Shown one piece after another: positions 39,141 to 47,583 of a DNA stretch of 64,000 nt; the first letter of the stretch is position 1; every line of letters starts with the position of its first letter. Under the pieces are notes generated by a model that saw only the letters and a list, made by a program, of their open reading frames with translations, was not told the origin of the DNA and did no database searches. This DNA comes from an uncultured Candidatus Saccharibacteria bacterium (GTDB taxonomy: Bacteria > Patescibacteriota > Minisyncoccia > Phycocordibacterales > UBA12088), in contig CAYPKR010000002.1 of the NCBI GenBank assembly GCA_964411375.1, forward strand, positions 894 through 64,893. Reading direction: 5' to 3'. A program made the translations under genes and the position numbers.

Positions 39141-40211
39141 GTGCTAAAAATGACTTCACCTACTATGAATACGGACAAAGTAACCTTGACGTTCAAACCA
39201 AAGCAGGTCACCAAGCGCCTCATCTCGGTCCTCCCTCCACGTGCCCGCGAAGTACTCGAGGGTCGCTATGGACTTGGAAATGACGCTGAACGCATCACTC
39301 TCGAAGGTATCGGTGGTACCTATGGAATCACTCGTGAGCGTGTTCGCCAGATCGAAAACTACGCGCTTGCCTCAATTCGCAAGTCTCCGGTATTTAAGGC
39401 AGAAAAAGCCGTCTTCGACGAACTTGAAAAAGGAATTGATGAACTCGGCGGTATCGTTTCTGAAGAGGAATTCCTCGAAATGGCAGCAAAAGATCAGAGC
39501 ACAAAAAATCATGTGCACTTCCTTTTAGTTCTTGGCGATCCCTTTACCAAGATGAAAGAAGATGAAGAATTTCAGCACCGCTGGTTCATCGATCCAAAAC
39601 TTGCTGACAAGATTCATGAGTCACTTCGTGCACTCTACAAGGATATTTCTGATAATGATCTCATTCCTGAATCCGAACTCATCAATCGCTTCTTGAATGA
39701 AGTCGAAGATTTGAACGAAAAGTATAAGAATGAAGAAATCGCACGTCGCTGGCTCGGTCTTTCGAAGACACTCGGCAAAAATCCACTCGGGGAGTGGGGA
39801 CGCACTTCTTCTCCGAATGTCCGTGTAAAAGGTATGCGCGATTACGCATACTTGGTTATCAAGCGACATGGCTCTCCAATGCATTTCCGCGAAGTTGCAA
39901 AAGCAATTACGACTGTTTTCAACAAGAAAGCACACGAAGCAACGACGCATAACGAACTCATCAAAGACAAGCGCTTTGTCCTCGTTGGACGCGGACTCTA
40001 CGCACTTGCTGAATGGGGCTATACCAACGGTGTGGTAAAAGATGTTATCGCATCAGTTCTCAAAAAGTATGGTCCGCTCTCACGTGAAGACATCATCGAA
40101 AAGGTTCGCAACGAGCGATATGTCAAAAACAACACGATTGTTGTAAATCTTCAGGACACTAAAGTATTTAAGCGAAATAAAGCGGGACTCTATACGCTTG
40201 CGCGGGCATAA
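39141..40211 (+). CDS. Sigma-70 region-4-like HTH fused to a C-terminal HARE-HTH (RpoE/delta-like) winged-helix domain
   Basis: 356 aa. N-terminal 'LPPRAREVLEGRYGLGNDAERITLEGIGGTYGITRERVRQIENYAL' is region-4-like. C-terminal 'RDYAYLVIKRHGSPMHFREVAKAI...FVLVGRGLYALAEWGY' is HARE-HTH-like. The start codon is ambiguous (GTG 39141, ATG 39150 or 39165). Confidence 0.55.
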   Translation: MLKMTSPTMNTDKVTLTFKPKQVTKRLISVLPPRAREVLEGRYGLGNDAERITLEGIGGTYGITRERVRQIENYALASIRKSPVFKAEKAVFDELEKGIDELGGIVSEEEFLEMAAKDQSTKNHVHFLLVLGDPFTKMKEDEEFQHRWFIDPKLADKIHESLRALYKDISDNDLIPESELINRFLNEVEDLNEKYKNEEIARRWLGLSKTLGKNPLGEWGRTSSPNVRVKGMRDYAYLVIKRHGSPMHFREVAKAITTVFNKKAHEATTHNELIKDKRFVLVGRGLYALAEWGYTNGVVKDVIASVLKKYGPLSREDIIEKVRNERYVKNNTIVVNLQDTKVFKRNKAGLYTLARA

Positions 40212-40295
40212 CAGTGCTTCAAGACTTCAAATAGTTTGCTACAATGAGAGGTAATCCCTCTCATTGTTTGCATATAGCAAACGTATAGAACAAAC

Positions 40296-41621
40296 GTGCC
40301 TGAAGTAATTGAAAAATTTGGGGAATATCTTGAAAAAACCGGCGCCTTTCCGTACGTCGTTGCCGCTCTCTTTACCCTATGGGGAATATTTGCGGTTCAA
40401 AATCATTCAACCCTAACCGCACTGACGCAAGCGCTCCAAGCGATGTACCGCTTTGCGCCGCTGTGGCTTCCACCAATTGCGATCATGTACGCGTATACAC
40501 TCTGGATGCGCTATATACAGTGGTTTGAATACGTACATCGTCCTAAAACAATTCTCGAGATAAAACTTCCGACTGACATCACGCAGTCACCTCGTGCAAT
40601 GGAAGTGATTTTGAATGTTATGTATCACACGGATGAATCTTCCAACGAGTTGGATAAATATTGGAAGGGAAAAACAGCGCCGTGGTTTTCTCTTGAAATA
40701 GCGTCTCTCGAAGGTAAGGTGCATTTTTATATTTGGATGCGCGCAAACTACAAAAATATCGTGGAGTCGCAACTCTACGCGCATTATCCTGATATTGAAG
40801 TTCGTGAAGTTCCTGATTACACGACTGAAGTTGGATATGATCAAAAAACGATGAAACTTTGGGGGATTGAGCAGCGAAAACAAAATCCTGATCCGTTTCC
40901 AATTCTCACCTATGTCGATTTTGGTTTGGACAAAGATCCAAAAGAAGAATTTAAAATTGACCCAATCCATTCCATCCTTGAATTTTTAGGTTCTATGGGA
41001 AAGGGAGAATACTGTTTTATTCAAATTGGAATCAGATCTCATTCAAAGAGATATCGGGATGAGAAAACTGGCGACTACAAATTCTGGAGCTCGATTGTTG
41101 ATCGCGAGGTTGCAAAAATCGTGTCAAAAACGGCTGATGCGAATGGGAAAGTAAATCCAATGGCTTTGACCGAAGGCGACAAAAATAAAATCCAAGCGAT
41201 GCAACGCAACGCGACAAAGAAGCCCTTTGATACTTCGATGCGCATCATCTACATCGATAAGCAAGAAACTGAACACGCGAACCGCAATAACGGAATTCCA
41301 ACAATGTTTCGCTCATTTGAACATGCGTCCGAAGGAATGGGGTACAACGGATTTAAACCGCAGTTCGTTACTGGCTACAACTACAAACTCCGCGACTGGA
41401 CGGGAAGCAGAACCCGCGCAAATCAACGACATTTATGGCACGAATATCGCACACGCTCTTTCTTCTTTTGGCCTGCAAAACATCGCCACCACAACGTGTT
41501 TGTCATGAGTGCAGAAGAACTTGCAACGGTCTATCATTTTCCTGGTCGAGCCGCAGCGACGCCGGGACTGGAGCGCATTACTTCGAGACGAGCTACTGCA
41601 CCTGCTAATTTGCCGATATAG
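40296..41621 (+). CDS. Conserved hypothetical protein with two N-terminal TM helices and a large basic/aromatic-rich cytoplasmic domain
   Basis: 441 aa. No recognised motif. Ends 'EELATVYHFPG...'. The stop is 3 nt before mltG. Confidence 0.45.
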   Translation: MPEVIEKFGEYLEKTGAFPYVVAALFTLWGIFAVQNHSTLTALTQALQAMYRFAPLWLPPIAIMYAYTLWMRYIQWFEYVHRPKTILEIKLPTDITQSPRAMEVILNVMYHTDESSNELDKYWKGKTAPWFSLEIASLEGKVHFYIWMRANYKNIVESQLYAHYPDIEVREVPDYTTEVGYDQKTMKLWGIEQRKQNPDPFPILTYVDFGLDKDPKEEFKIDPIHSILEFLGSMGKGEYCFIQIGIRSHSKRYRDEKTGDYKFWSSIVDREVAKIVSKTADANGKVNPMALTEGDKNKIQAMQRNATKKPFDTSMRIIYIDKQETEHANRNNGIPTMFRSFEHASEGMGYNGFKPQFVTGYNYKLRDWTGSRTRANQRHLWHEYRTRSFFFWPAKHRHHNVFVMSAEELATVYHFPGRAAATPGLERITSRRATAPANLPI

Positions 41622-41623
41622 TC

Positions 41624-42586
41624 ATGCGCGCTCATTCATTTCTTGAAAAAAGTATCCTGATTGTTTTGTTCTTACTCATTCTTGGCGGACTGTACGCGGT
41701 TCGTCCCGGAGAAACGTTTCCCCACTTTGGGAGCCAAGTAACGGTTATCCGTATTACTGAAGGACAAACCTTGATGGATGCCGCAACAACTCTGAAGACG
41801 GAGCATGTTATTCGATTCAGACTTCCAGCGGCAGTACTTCTCAAACTTTTCGGAGGAGAGCGAGGACTTAAGGCGGGCGCATATGTCATTCAACCAACAA
41901 CACTCCCGATCATCGCATTGTGGCAAATGGCGCACGGGTCATTCGGTGTTGATCCAATTAAAGTAACCATTCCTGAAGGAGCGACATCCTACGAAATCGC
42001 AGAGATACTCAAGAATAAATTTATAGACTTTGATGAGCAAAAATTTGCGAGCCTTGCAAAAGAGCAGGAAGGATTTTTGTTTCCTGATACCTATTTCTTC
42101 CTCCCAACTGCAACCGAAGGTGAAATAATTGTTGCGATGCAAGAAAATTTTAAACGCCACATCGATTCGGTCAGTGTGCAGTTGTCGAGTTCAGGTAAAT
42201 CTCTTCGCGAACTGGTGATTATCGCATCTCTTCTCGAAAAAGAAGCGCGCACGACTGAATCCCGCGAAGCAATCGCAGGTATCATCGACAATCGGCTCAA
42301 GATAAATATGCCACTCCAAATTGATGCAGTATTTGGCTATATCAAAGAAACGAATACGTTCAGCCCGACCTTGACCGATCTTGCGACCGACTCGCCGTAC
42401 AATTTGTATCGAAATAAAGGCTTACCGCCCGGCCCCATCGCAAATCCTGGACTCGCGTCGCTTCTTGCCGCTGCAAGCTCGACCAAATCAAATTATCTCT
42501 ACTACCTAACCGGTCATGACGGAAAAATGTATTACGCAAAAACATTTGACCAGCATGTTGCGAATCGAAGAGCATACTTGTATTAA
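41624..42586 (+). CDS. mltG: Endolytic murein transglycosylase MltG (YceG-like)
   Basis: 320 aa. N-terminal TM helix. YceG signature 'LQIDAVFGY...SPYNLYRNKGLPPGPIANPGLASL'. Confidence 0.85.
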   Translation: MRAHSFLEKSILIVLFLLILGGLYAVRPGETFPHFGSQVTVIRITEGQTLMDAATTLKTEHVIRFRLPAAVLLKLFGGERGLKAGAYVIQPTTLPIIALWQMAHGSFGVDPIKVTIPEGATSYEIAEILKNKFIDFDEQKFASLAKEQEGFLFPDTYFFLPTATEGEIIVAMQENFKRHIDSVSVQLSSSGKSLRELVIIASLLEKEARTTESREAIAGIIDNRLKINMPLQIDAVFGYIKETNTFSPTLTDLATDSPYNLYRNKGLPPGPIANPGLASLLAAASSTKSNYLYYLTGHDGKMYYAKTFDQHVANRRAYLY

Positions 42587-42901
42587 CAATTGAAAATAGA
42601 TTAATGAATTACGGCTCGAGGTTTCTCCCGAGCCGTGGATCATTATCGCCCTTTTCGTATCATTCTAATTTTTGGTCTCATACCATAAGTAGCGGAGACT
42701 CCGCGATTTCTTTTACGTGCCTCTATTCGCCACCGCCGCAGAGTTTGAGGGGAAAATTTTCCATTCTCCAAATGCGGGGCGAGTGATGCCAGAAACAAAA
42801 CGAGCTCGACTGTGAATTGGTGAGGAAAAAGCTTAGTCATTACAAGCTCCCCAGGCTGAATTACCTTGCGCTATCTTCGACATTCCCATACATTGAAAGC
42901 G

Positions 42902-43984
42902 ATGTCAAAAGGATTGGTATATCTCGGTATGTCGGGCGGCGTTGATTCATCCGTCTCTGCCGCACTACTCAAAGAACAGGGCTATGAAGTCGTGGGCGTT
43001 TTCATCACGGTATGGCAGCCAGATTTTATTGTATGTACCGCGTCCGCTGATCGACTCGATGCAATCCGTGTTTGTTCGCTACTTGATATTCCATTCAAAG
43101 ATCTTGATTTGACCGATGTGTACAAACGAGAAGTGGTAGATTACATGATTTCTGAATATGCAAAGGGGAGGACGCCAAATCCCGACGTGCTTTGTAATCG
43201 AGAAGTAAAGTTCGGTGCATTTTTTGAGTGGGCACTTCAGGAACATGCGGATTTTGTCGCAACCGGACACTACGCGCAGGTTTCAAAAGACGGTGACGCC
43301 TTTGAACTCCGTATGAGCGCTGATGCAAAAAAAGATCAAAGCTACTTTTTGTGGACGTTACATCAGAAGCATCTTTCAAAAACACTGTTTCCAGTTGGTG
43401 GAATGGAAAAAAGCGAAGTGCGAAAGCATGCAGAACGTTTCAAACTTCCAACTGCATCAAAAAAAGATAGCCAAGGACTTTGTTTTATCGGGAAGTTTGA
43501 TTTCAAAGAATTTCTTGGACACTTCCTTACTTCAGAGCCGGGTACAGTTCTTGATACCCATGGAAACGAAATCGGTACCCATAGCGGTGCGATCTTTTAT
43601 ACACTTGGAGAGCGTCACGGATTTACCGTGACCAAACAATCACCCGGCCAAAAACCGCTCTATATCGTCTCAAAAGATATTCCCGCAAATACCATCACTG
43701 TTTCTGAACGCATTCCCGATACTCCGTCAGAATTTGCTATTACAACAATTGAACTTTCCGGGTGCTCGTGGACCGGTAATTCTCCGAAAGAGGGTGAACA
43801 ATTTCTCGGTAGATTTCGCTATCGCCAAGCGCTCATTCCACTAACTATCTCAAAAGTTTTTGAAGAAAATGCGACCATTTCTTTTGAAAAACCAATCGAA
43901 TATGTACCAGAAGGGCAGTCACTGGTTCTCTATGAAGGTGATCAGCTCGTGGGGGGAGGAATAATCGCATCCACCAGTCTGTAG
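42902..43984 (+). CDS. mnmA: tRNA-specific 2-thiouridylase MnmA
   Basis: PP-loop 'VYLGMSGGVDSSVSAALL' and 'KDQSYFL'. The start was chosen at 'MSKGL' (42902) within the ORF 42866-43984. Confidence 0.9.
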   Translation: MSKGLVYLGMSGGVDSSVSAALLKEQGYEVVGVFITVWQPDFIVCTASADRLDAIRVCSLLDIPFKDLDLTDVYKREVVDYMISEYAKGRTPNPDVLCNREVKFGAFFEWALQEHADFVATGHYAQVSKDGDAFELRMSADAKKDQSYFLWTLHQKHLSKTLFPVGGMEKSEVRKHAERFKLPTASKKDSQGLCFIGKFDFKEFLGHFLTSEPGTVLDTHGNEIGTHSGAIFYTLGERHGFTVTKQSPGQKPLYIVSKDIPANTITVSERIPDTPSEFAITTIELSGCSWTGNSPKEGEQFLGRFRYRQALIPLTISKVFEENATISFEKPIEYVPEGQSLVLYEGDQLVGGGIIASTSL

Positions 43985-44032
43985 GGATTGCTGATTTGCA
44001 GTCTGTAGGGAGCGCGCCGTATACTAGGCGGT

Positions 44033-44503
44033 ATGAATGCAAAAAACGCACCCTTTCTTATCATTATAATCATCGGGATTGCGGGATTCATGTTCTGGCT
44101 GTATGCGCCAACATTCAAAAGTGGAATGCAGGCGACAACACTTGGCGCTGATCTTCCGGCAAACGCACTCGATCAATTACCACCTCCACCTCCTCCGCCA
44201 CCACCTCCACCTGGTATGGCAGCAATCACTGCAACAGATTCCTATGCAGATGGCACGCACACTGTTTCGGGAGTTGTCACCAAACCAAACGCCTGCGATA
44301 CGCTTGTCACCGCAGTTACGGTTGATAAGTCGAAGCCGCCAGTTGTTTCCGTAACACTGAAAACTACCCCTGCAAGCGGCACATGCACAAAGACTGACGC
44401 CACTGAAAAGTTTTCGCTCTCATTCCAGGCACCAACTGATGCCGTCATAAAAGGAACAGTTAACGGTAGTGTCTTCGATATTACTTCCGGAGTAGACGAG
44501 TAG
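44033..44503 (+). CDS. Exported protein with an N-terminal TM anchor and a poly-proline (P11) linker
   Basis: 156 aa. 'QLPPPPPPPPPPPGMA'. The C-terminal domain is Thr/Val-rich. Confidence 0.45.
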   Translation: MNAKNAPFLIIIIIGIAGFMFWLYAPTFKSGMQATTLGADLPANALDQLPPPPPPPPPPPGMAAITATDSYADGTHTVSGVVTKPNACDTLVTAVTVDKSKPPVVSVTLKTTPASGTCTKTDATEKFSLSFQAPTDAVIKGTVNGSVFDITSGVDE

Positions 44504-44504
44504 C

Positions 44505-45353
44505 ATGGCAGAAAATCTTCTGGTAACTAAAGCGGACGGTACGCAAGAGCCGTTTCGTGTCGATAAATTGCGCTTCTCCCTGAATCGTTCTGGGGTGAGT
44601 GAGAAGTCAGTTGATGCGATTATTCGAGAACTCGAACCAATTTTTTGGAGCGGTATATCAACCGAAGAAATTTATCGTCGGGCATTTGCGCTTTTGAAGC
44701 GTCAGGAACGTTTTGCAGCGAGCCGTTACTCACTCCGCAGAGCCCTATTTGGATTTGGTCCAACTGGATTTCCGTTTGAAGATTTTGTTGCAGAAATTTT
44801 CAAGGCGAAAGGGTATCACACCGCAACGCGCATAATGCTCAAGGGTAAATGTGTGGAACACGAAGTCGACATGCTTGCGACCGGAAATGGACGAAGTATC
44901 GCGGCAGAACTTAAATTTCACAACGACATCGGGTACAAGTCCGATGTGAAAATCGCGCTCTATGTGCACGCGCGTTTTGTGGACATCATGGAAGCCGCAC
45001 GTCATCAGAATGAATCTTCGCCCGTTACTGAAAGTTGGCTGATTACGAATACAAAATTCACTTCACAAGCGATCCAGTACGGAACCTGCGCGGGACTTAC
45101 TATGGTTGGATGGAGTTATCCGGATAAGGGAAATCTTCAAGATTTGATTGAAGAATCCGGCATTCATCCGCTCACCTGCCTAACATCTCTCTCAAAATCT
45201 GAAAAAATGCAGCTTCTCTCAAAAGACATCGTGCTTTGTAAATCGCTTCCCGATAATCCCGATTTGCTCCGAAATCTCGGTATGCCGGAGCAGAAAATTG
45301 CAAAGGTACTTGAGGAGAGTACTCTCTTGTGTCAACCAGGGGCTGCGCGGTAA
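44505..45353 (+). CDS. ATP-cone domain fused to a restriction-endonuclease-like (Mrr_cat / PD-(D/E)xK) domain
   Basis: 282 aa. The N-terminal ~90 aa 'VTKADGTQEPFRVDKLRFSLNRSGVSEKSVDAIIRELE' is ATP-cone-like. The middle 'AEIFKAKGYHTATRIMLKGKCVEHEVDMLATGNGRSIAAELKFHN' has an Mrr-type D...ExK. The ATG is 1 nt after the upstream gene's stop. Confidence 0.6.
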   Translation: MAENLLVTKADGTQEPFRVDKLRFSLNRSGVSEKSVDAIIRELEPIFWSGISTEEIYRRAFALLKRQERFAASRYSLRRALFGFGPTGFPFEDFVAEIFKAKGYHTATRIMLKGKCVEHEVDMLATGNGRSIAAELKFHNDIGYKSDVKIALYVHARFVDIMEAARHQNESSPVTESWLITNTKFTSQAIQYGTCAGLTMVGWSYPDKGNLQDLIEESGIHPLTCLTSLSKSEKMQLLSKDIVLCKSLPDNPDLLRNLGMPEQKIAKVLEESTLLCQPGAAR

Positions 45354-45383
45354 AATAATCTCATTACCGAATAAGCGTTCCGT

Positions 45384-45962
45384 ATGGACACACAAGGATC
45401 GACGATTGCAGTTATTGACACGGACGCGTCATGGGGAATGACGGTCAAAGTTTTGGTCGGATTTCTTATTGGACTTCTCGTTGGAATCGGCGGTACATGG
45501 CTTGTCACTCGTAACCATGGAGCTTCTGATGAAACAATAAACGGAGCAACCTCGACTCCAGTAACTGGAACAATAACCGGCGGAACAACCTCAGGTTCTG
45601 GCTCGGTCACGAGTAGTGGCGGAAGCTCACTTGTTCCAAATGGAGATTTTTCCGTTGTTGATCAGAGCGCAGGAATGACGGTCGCGATTGATAAAGTTGC
45701 ATTCGGACAGGGCGGTGGATGGGTTGTCGTGCATGAAGATGATAATGGCGGACTCGGTCATGTACTTGGTGCTGCGTGGTTCGCGGAGGGTTCATGGAAC
45801 GGCACCGTAGAACTTCTCCGTGGTACTGAAGCCGGCAAAACCTACCATGCAGTTCTCTACGGAGATGCTGGATCGGACAAACAATTCTCTCTCGCAGATG
45901 ACAAGCCGCTTCTCTCTCAAGTAGACCAGAAGATGGTAGAGCAAACATTTACCGCAAAATAA
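45384..45962 (+). CDS. Exported Thr/Gly-rich protein
   Basis: 192 aa. N-terminal TM anchor, a TG-rich linker and a C-terminal beta-rich domain. Confidence 0.45.
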   Translation: MDTQGSTIAVIDTDASWGMTVKVLVGFLIGLLVGIGGTWLVTRNHGASDETINGATSTPVTGTITGGTTSGSGSVTSSGGSSLVPNGDFSVVDQSAGMTVAIDKVAFGQGGGWVVVHEDDNGGLGHVLGAAWFAEGSWNGTVELLRGTEAGKTYHAVLYGDAGSDKQFSLADDKPLLSQVDQKMVEQTFTAK

Positions 45963-45965
45963 ACT

Positions 45966-46454
45966 ATGGTTGAAAATTTCATTACAGCAACCGACATTAC
46001 CGTCTGTTTGCAATTGGTTGTTGCAATGATTCTTGGTCTGATTCTCGGAGGCGAACGCACTCTTGCTGGAAAAAATGCCGGCATGCGAACCCACGCGTTC
46101 GTCTCCATGGCGTCGACACTTTTTGTCGCAAGTGCACTCCTTATTGTCGGAAGCACCGATGCCGGAATTCATTACGACCCACTCCACGTCGTCTCCGGTA
46201 TCATCACCGGCATCGGTTTCATTGGAGCTGGAACAATTCTCTTTCGACATTCGACGCTTGAAGGGCTGACTACTGCCGCAGGACTTTGGGTCACTGCGGC
46301 AATCGGCGTTTCGGTTGGTTTTGGTTTTTATATTATTGCGATTTTCGCAACACTCATGACACTCTTCGTCTTCCGCGCCGTTTGGTTTGCGGAACATCGC
46401 CTCAAAATGTGGCACGAAGAAGGCGCCGAATCACCGGTGTCTGATCAGATGTAG
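45966..46454 (+). CDS. mgtC: MgtC/SapB family membrane protein
   Basis: 162 aa. 'LGGERTLAGKNAGMRTHAFVSMASTLF' is the MgtC signature. Confidence 0.8.
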   Translation: MVENFITATDITVCLQLVVAMILGLILGGERTLAGKNAGMRTHAFVSMASTLFVASALLIVGSTDAGIHYDPLHVVSGIITGIGFIGAGTILFRHSTLEGLTTAAGLWVTAAIGVSVGFGFYIIAIFATLMTLFVFRAVWFAEHRLKMWHEEGAESPVSDQM

Positions 46455-46496
46455 GAATTTGGTGCAGCAATTTTTCTCGCGGGGTATACTACGCGA

Positions 46497-47282
46497 ATGG
46501 AAAAAGCGAAAGGGCCACGAAATGCTGACTGGAACTACGGTGGAACAAAATGGCGCCTATCGCGTTCGAAGATTGACGTGTTCATGGAATGCCAGCGCTG
46601 TTTCTATCTCGACAATAAACTTGGCATTGCTCGTCCGCGCGGCCCATCCTTTACTCTGAACACCGCCGTTGATGCACTCCTCAAAAAGGAATTTGATATT
46701 CACCGCGGAAATAAAACTCCGCATCAGTTTATGATTGAAAATGGAGTGGATGCGATCCCATTCGCACACAAAGATCTCGATATTTGGCGTGAAAATTTTA
46801 AAGGAGTTGCATACACCGACCCAGAAACGAGAATGGTTGTCTGTGGAGCGATTGACGATGTCTGGGTGAATTCAAAAGGAGAAATTATTATTGCTGACTA
46901 CAAAGCAACTTCTAAAGAAGAGGGTCCGTCGACCGTTGATGATCTCTATCCGTCATACAAAAGACAGATGGAAGTGTATCAATGGCTGTTTCGGAAAAAC
47001 GGATTCACCGTTTCTTCGACTGCATATTTTGTCTATGTGAATGGAAAATCAGACGTCGATCTATTCGATGCAAAACTTGAGTTTGATGTAGTTCTCATTC
47101 CGTACACCGGTGACGACAAATGGGTTTCTTCTGCCCTCACCAATATTAAAAAGGTACTCGACTCAAATGATATTCCACCAGTCGGTACTGGATTTGGAGG
47201 CGGAGCATGTGAATTTTGTACCTATCGAGATTTAGCAGGTAATGCATTTAAAAATCATGTCAAAAAAGTCAAAACAAAATAA
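46497..47282 (+). CDS. PD-(D/E)xK nuclease, Cas4/RecB-like with a four-Cys cluster
   Basis: 261 aa. N-terminal 'ECQRCFYLD' (C-x2-C) and C-terminal 'ACEFCTY' (C-x2-C). The core has 'IDDVWV...EIIIADYKAT' (D...D-x-K). Confidence 0.6.
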   Translation: MEKAKGPRNADWNYGGTKWRLSRSKIDVFMECQRCFYLDNKLGIARPRGPSFTLNTAVDALLKKEFDIHRGNKTPHQFMIENGVDAIPFAHKDLDIWRENFKGVAYTDPETRMVVCGAIDDVWVNSKGEIIIADYKATSKEEGPSTVDDLYPSYKRQMEVYQWLFRKNGFTVSSTAYFVYVNGKSDVDLFDAKLEFDVVLIPYTGDDKWVSSALTNIKKVLDSNDIPPVGTGFGGGACEFCTYRDLAGNAFKNHVKKVKTK

Positions 47283-47544
47283 AAAAGAAGTATTCGCCGA
47301 CAAGGTTCGCAAAGTCGTTGCTAAAATTCCAAAAGGAAAAGTAATGACCTACGCAGAAGTTGCAAAGAAGGCAGGAAGTCCGGGCGCTTCGCGCGCAGTC
47401 GGGAGTATCATGGCGAAAAATTTTGATCCAAAAATTCCGTGTCACCGTGTGATCCGCTCTGATGGTAAAATCGGCAATTACAACCGCGGCGGCAGTGAGG
47501 TAAAGAGAAAACTCCTAATCAAGGAAGGCGCGCTCAAAGCATAA
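47242..47544 (+). CDS. Stand-alone MGMT C-terminal domain protein (O6-alkylguanine-DNA alkyltransferase-like)
   Basis: 100 aa. 'PCHRVIRSDGKIGNYNRGG' retains the active-site Cys. It overlaps the upstream nuclease gene by 41 nt. Confidence 0.65.
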   Translation: MHLKIMSKKSKQNKKEVFADKVRKVVAKIPKGKVMTYAEVAKKAGSPGASRAVGSIMAKNFDPKIPCHRVIRSDGKIGNYNRGGSEVKRKLLIKEGALKA

Positions 47545-47583
47545 ATCGCCAAAGCAAGATATTTGTGATATTTTCGAGAAACT

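Noticed and set aside
44172-44210. Poly-CCN tract (11 Pro codons)
   Set aside because: It is in frame within a CDS as a Pro linker. It is not a microsatellite, mobile-element or CRISPR feature.
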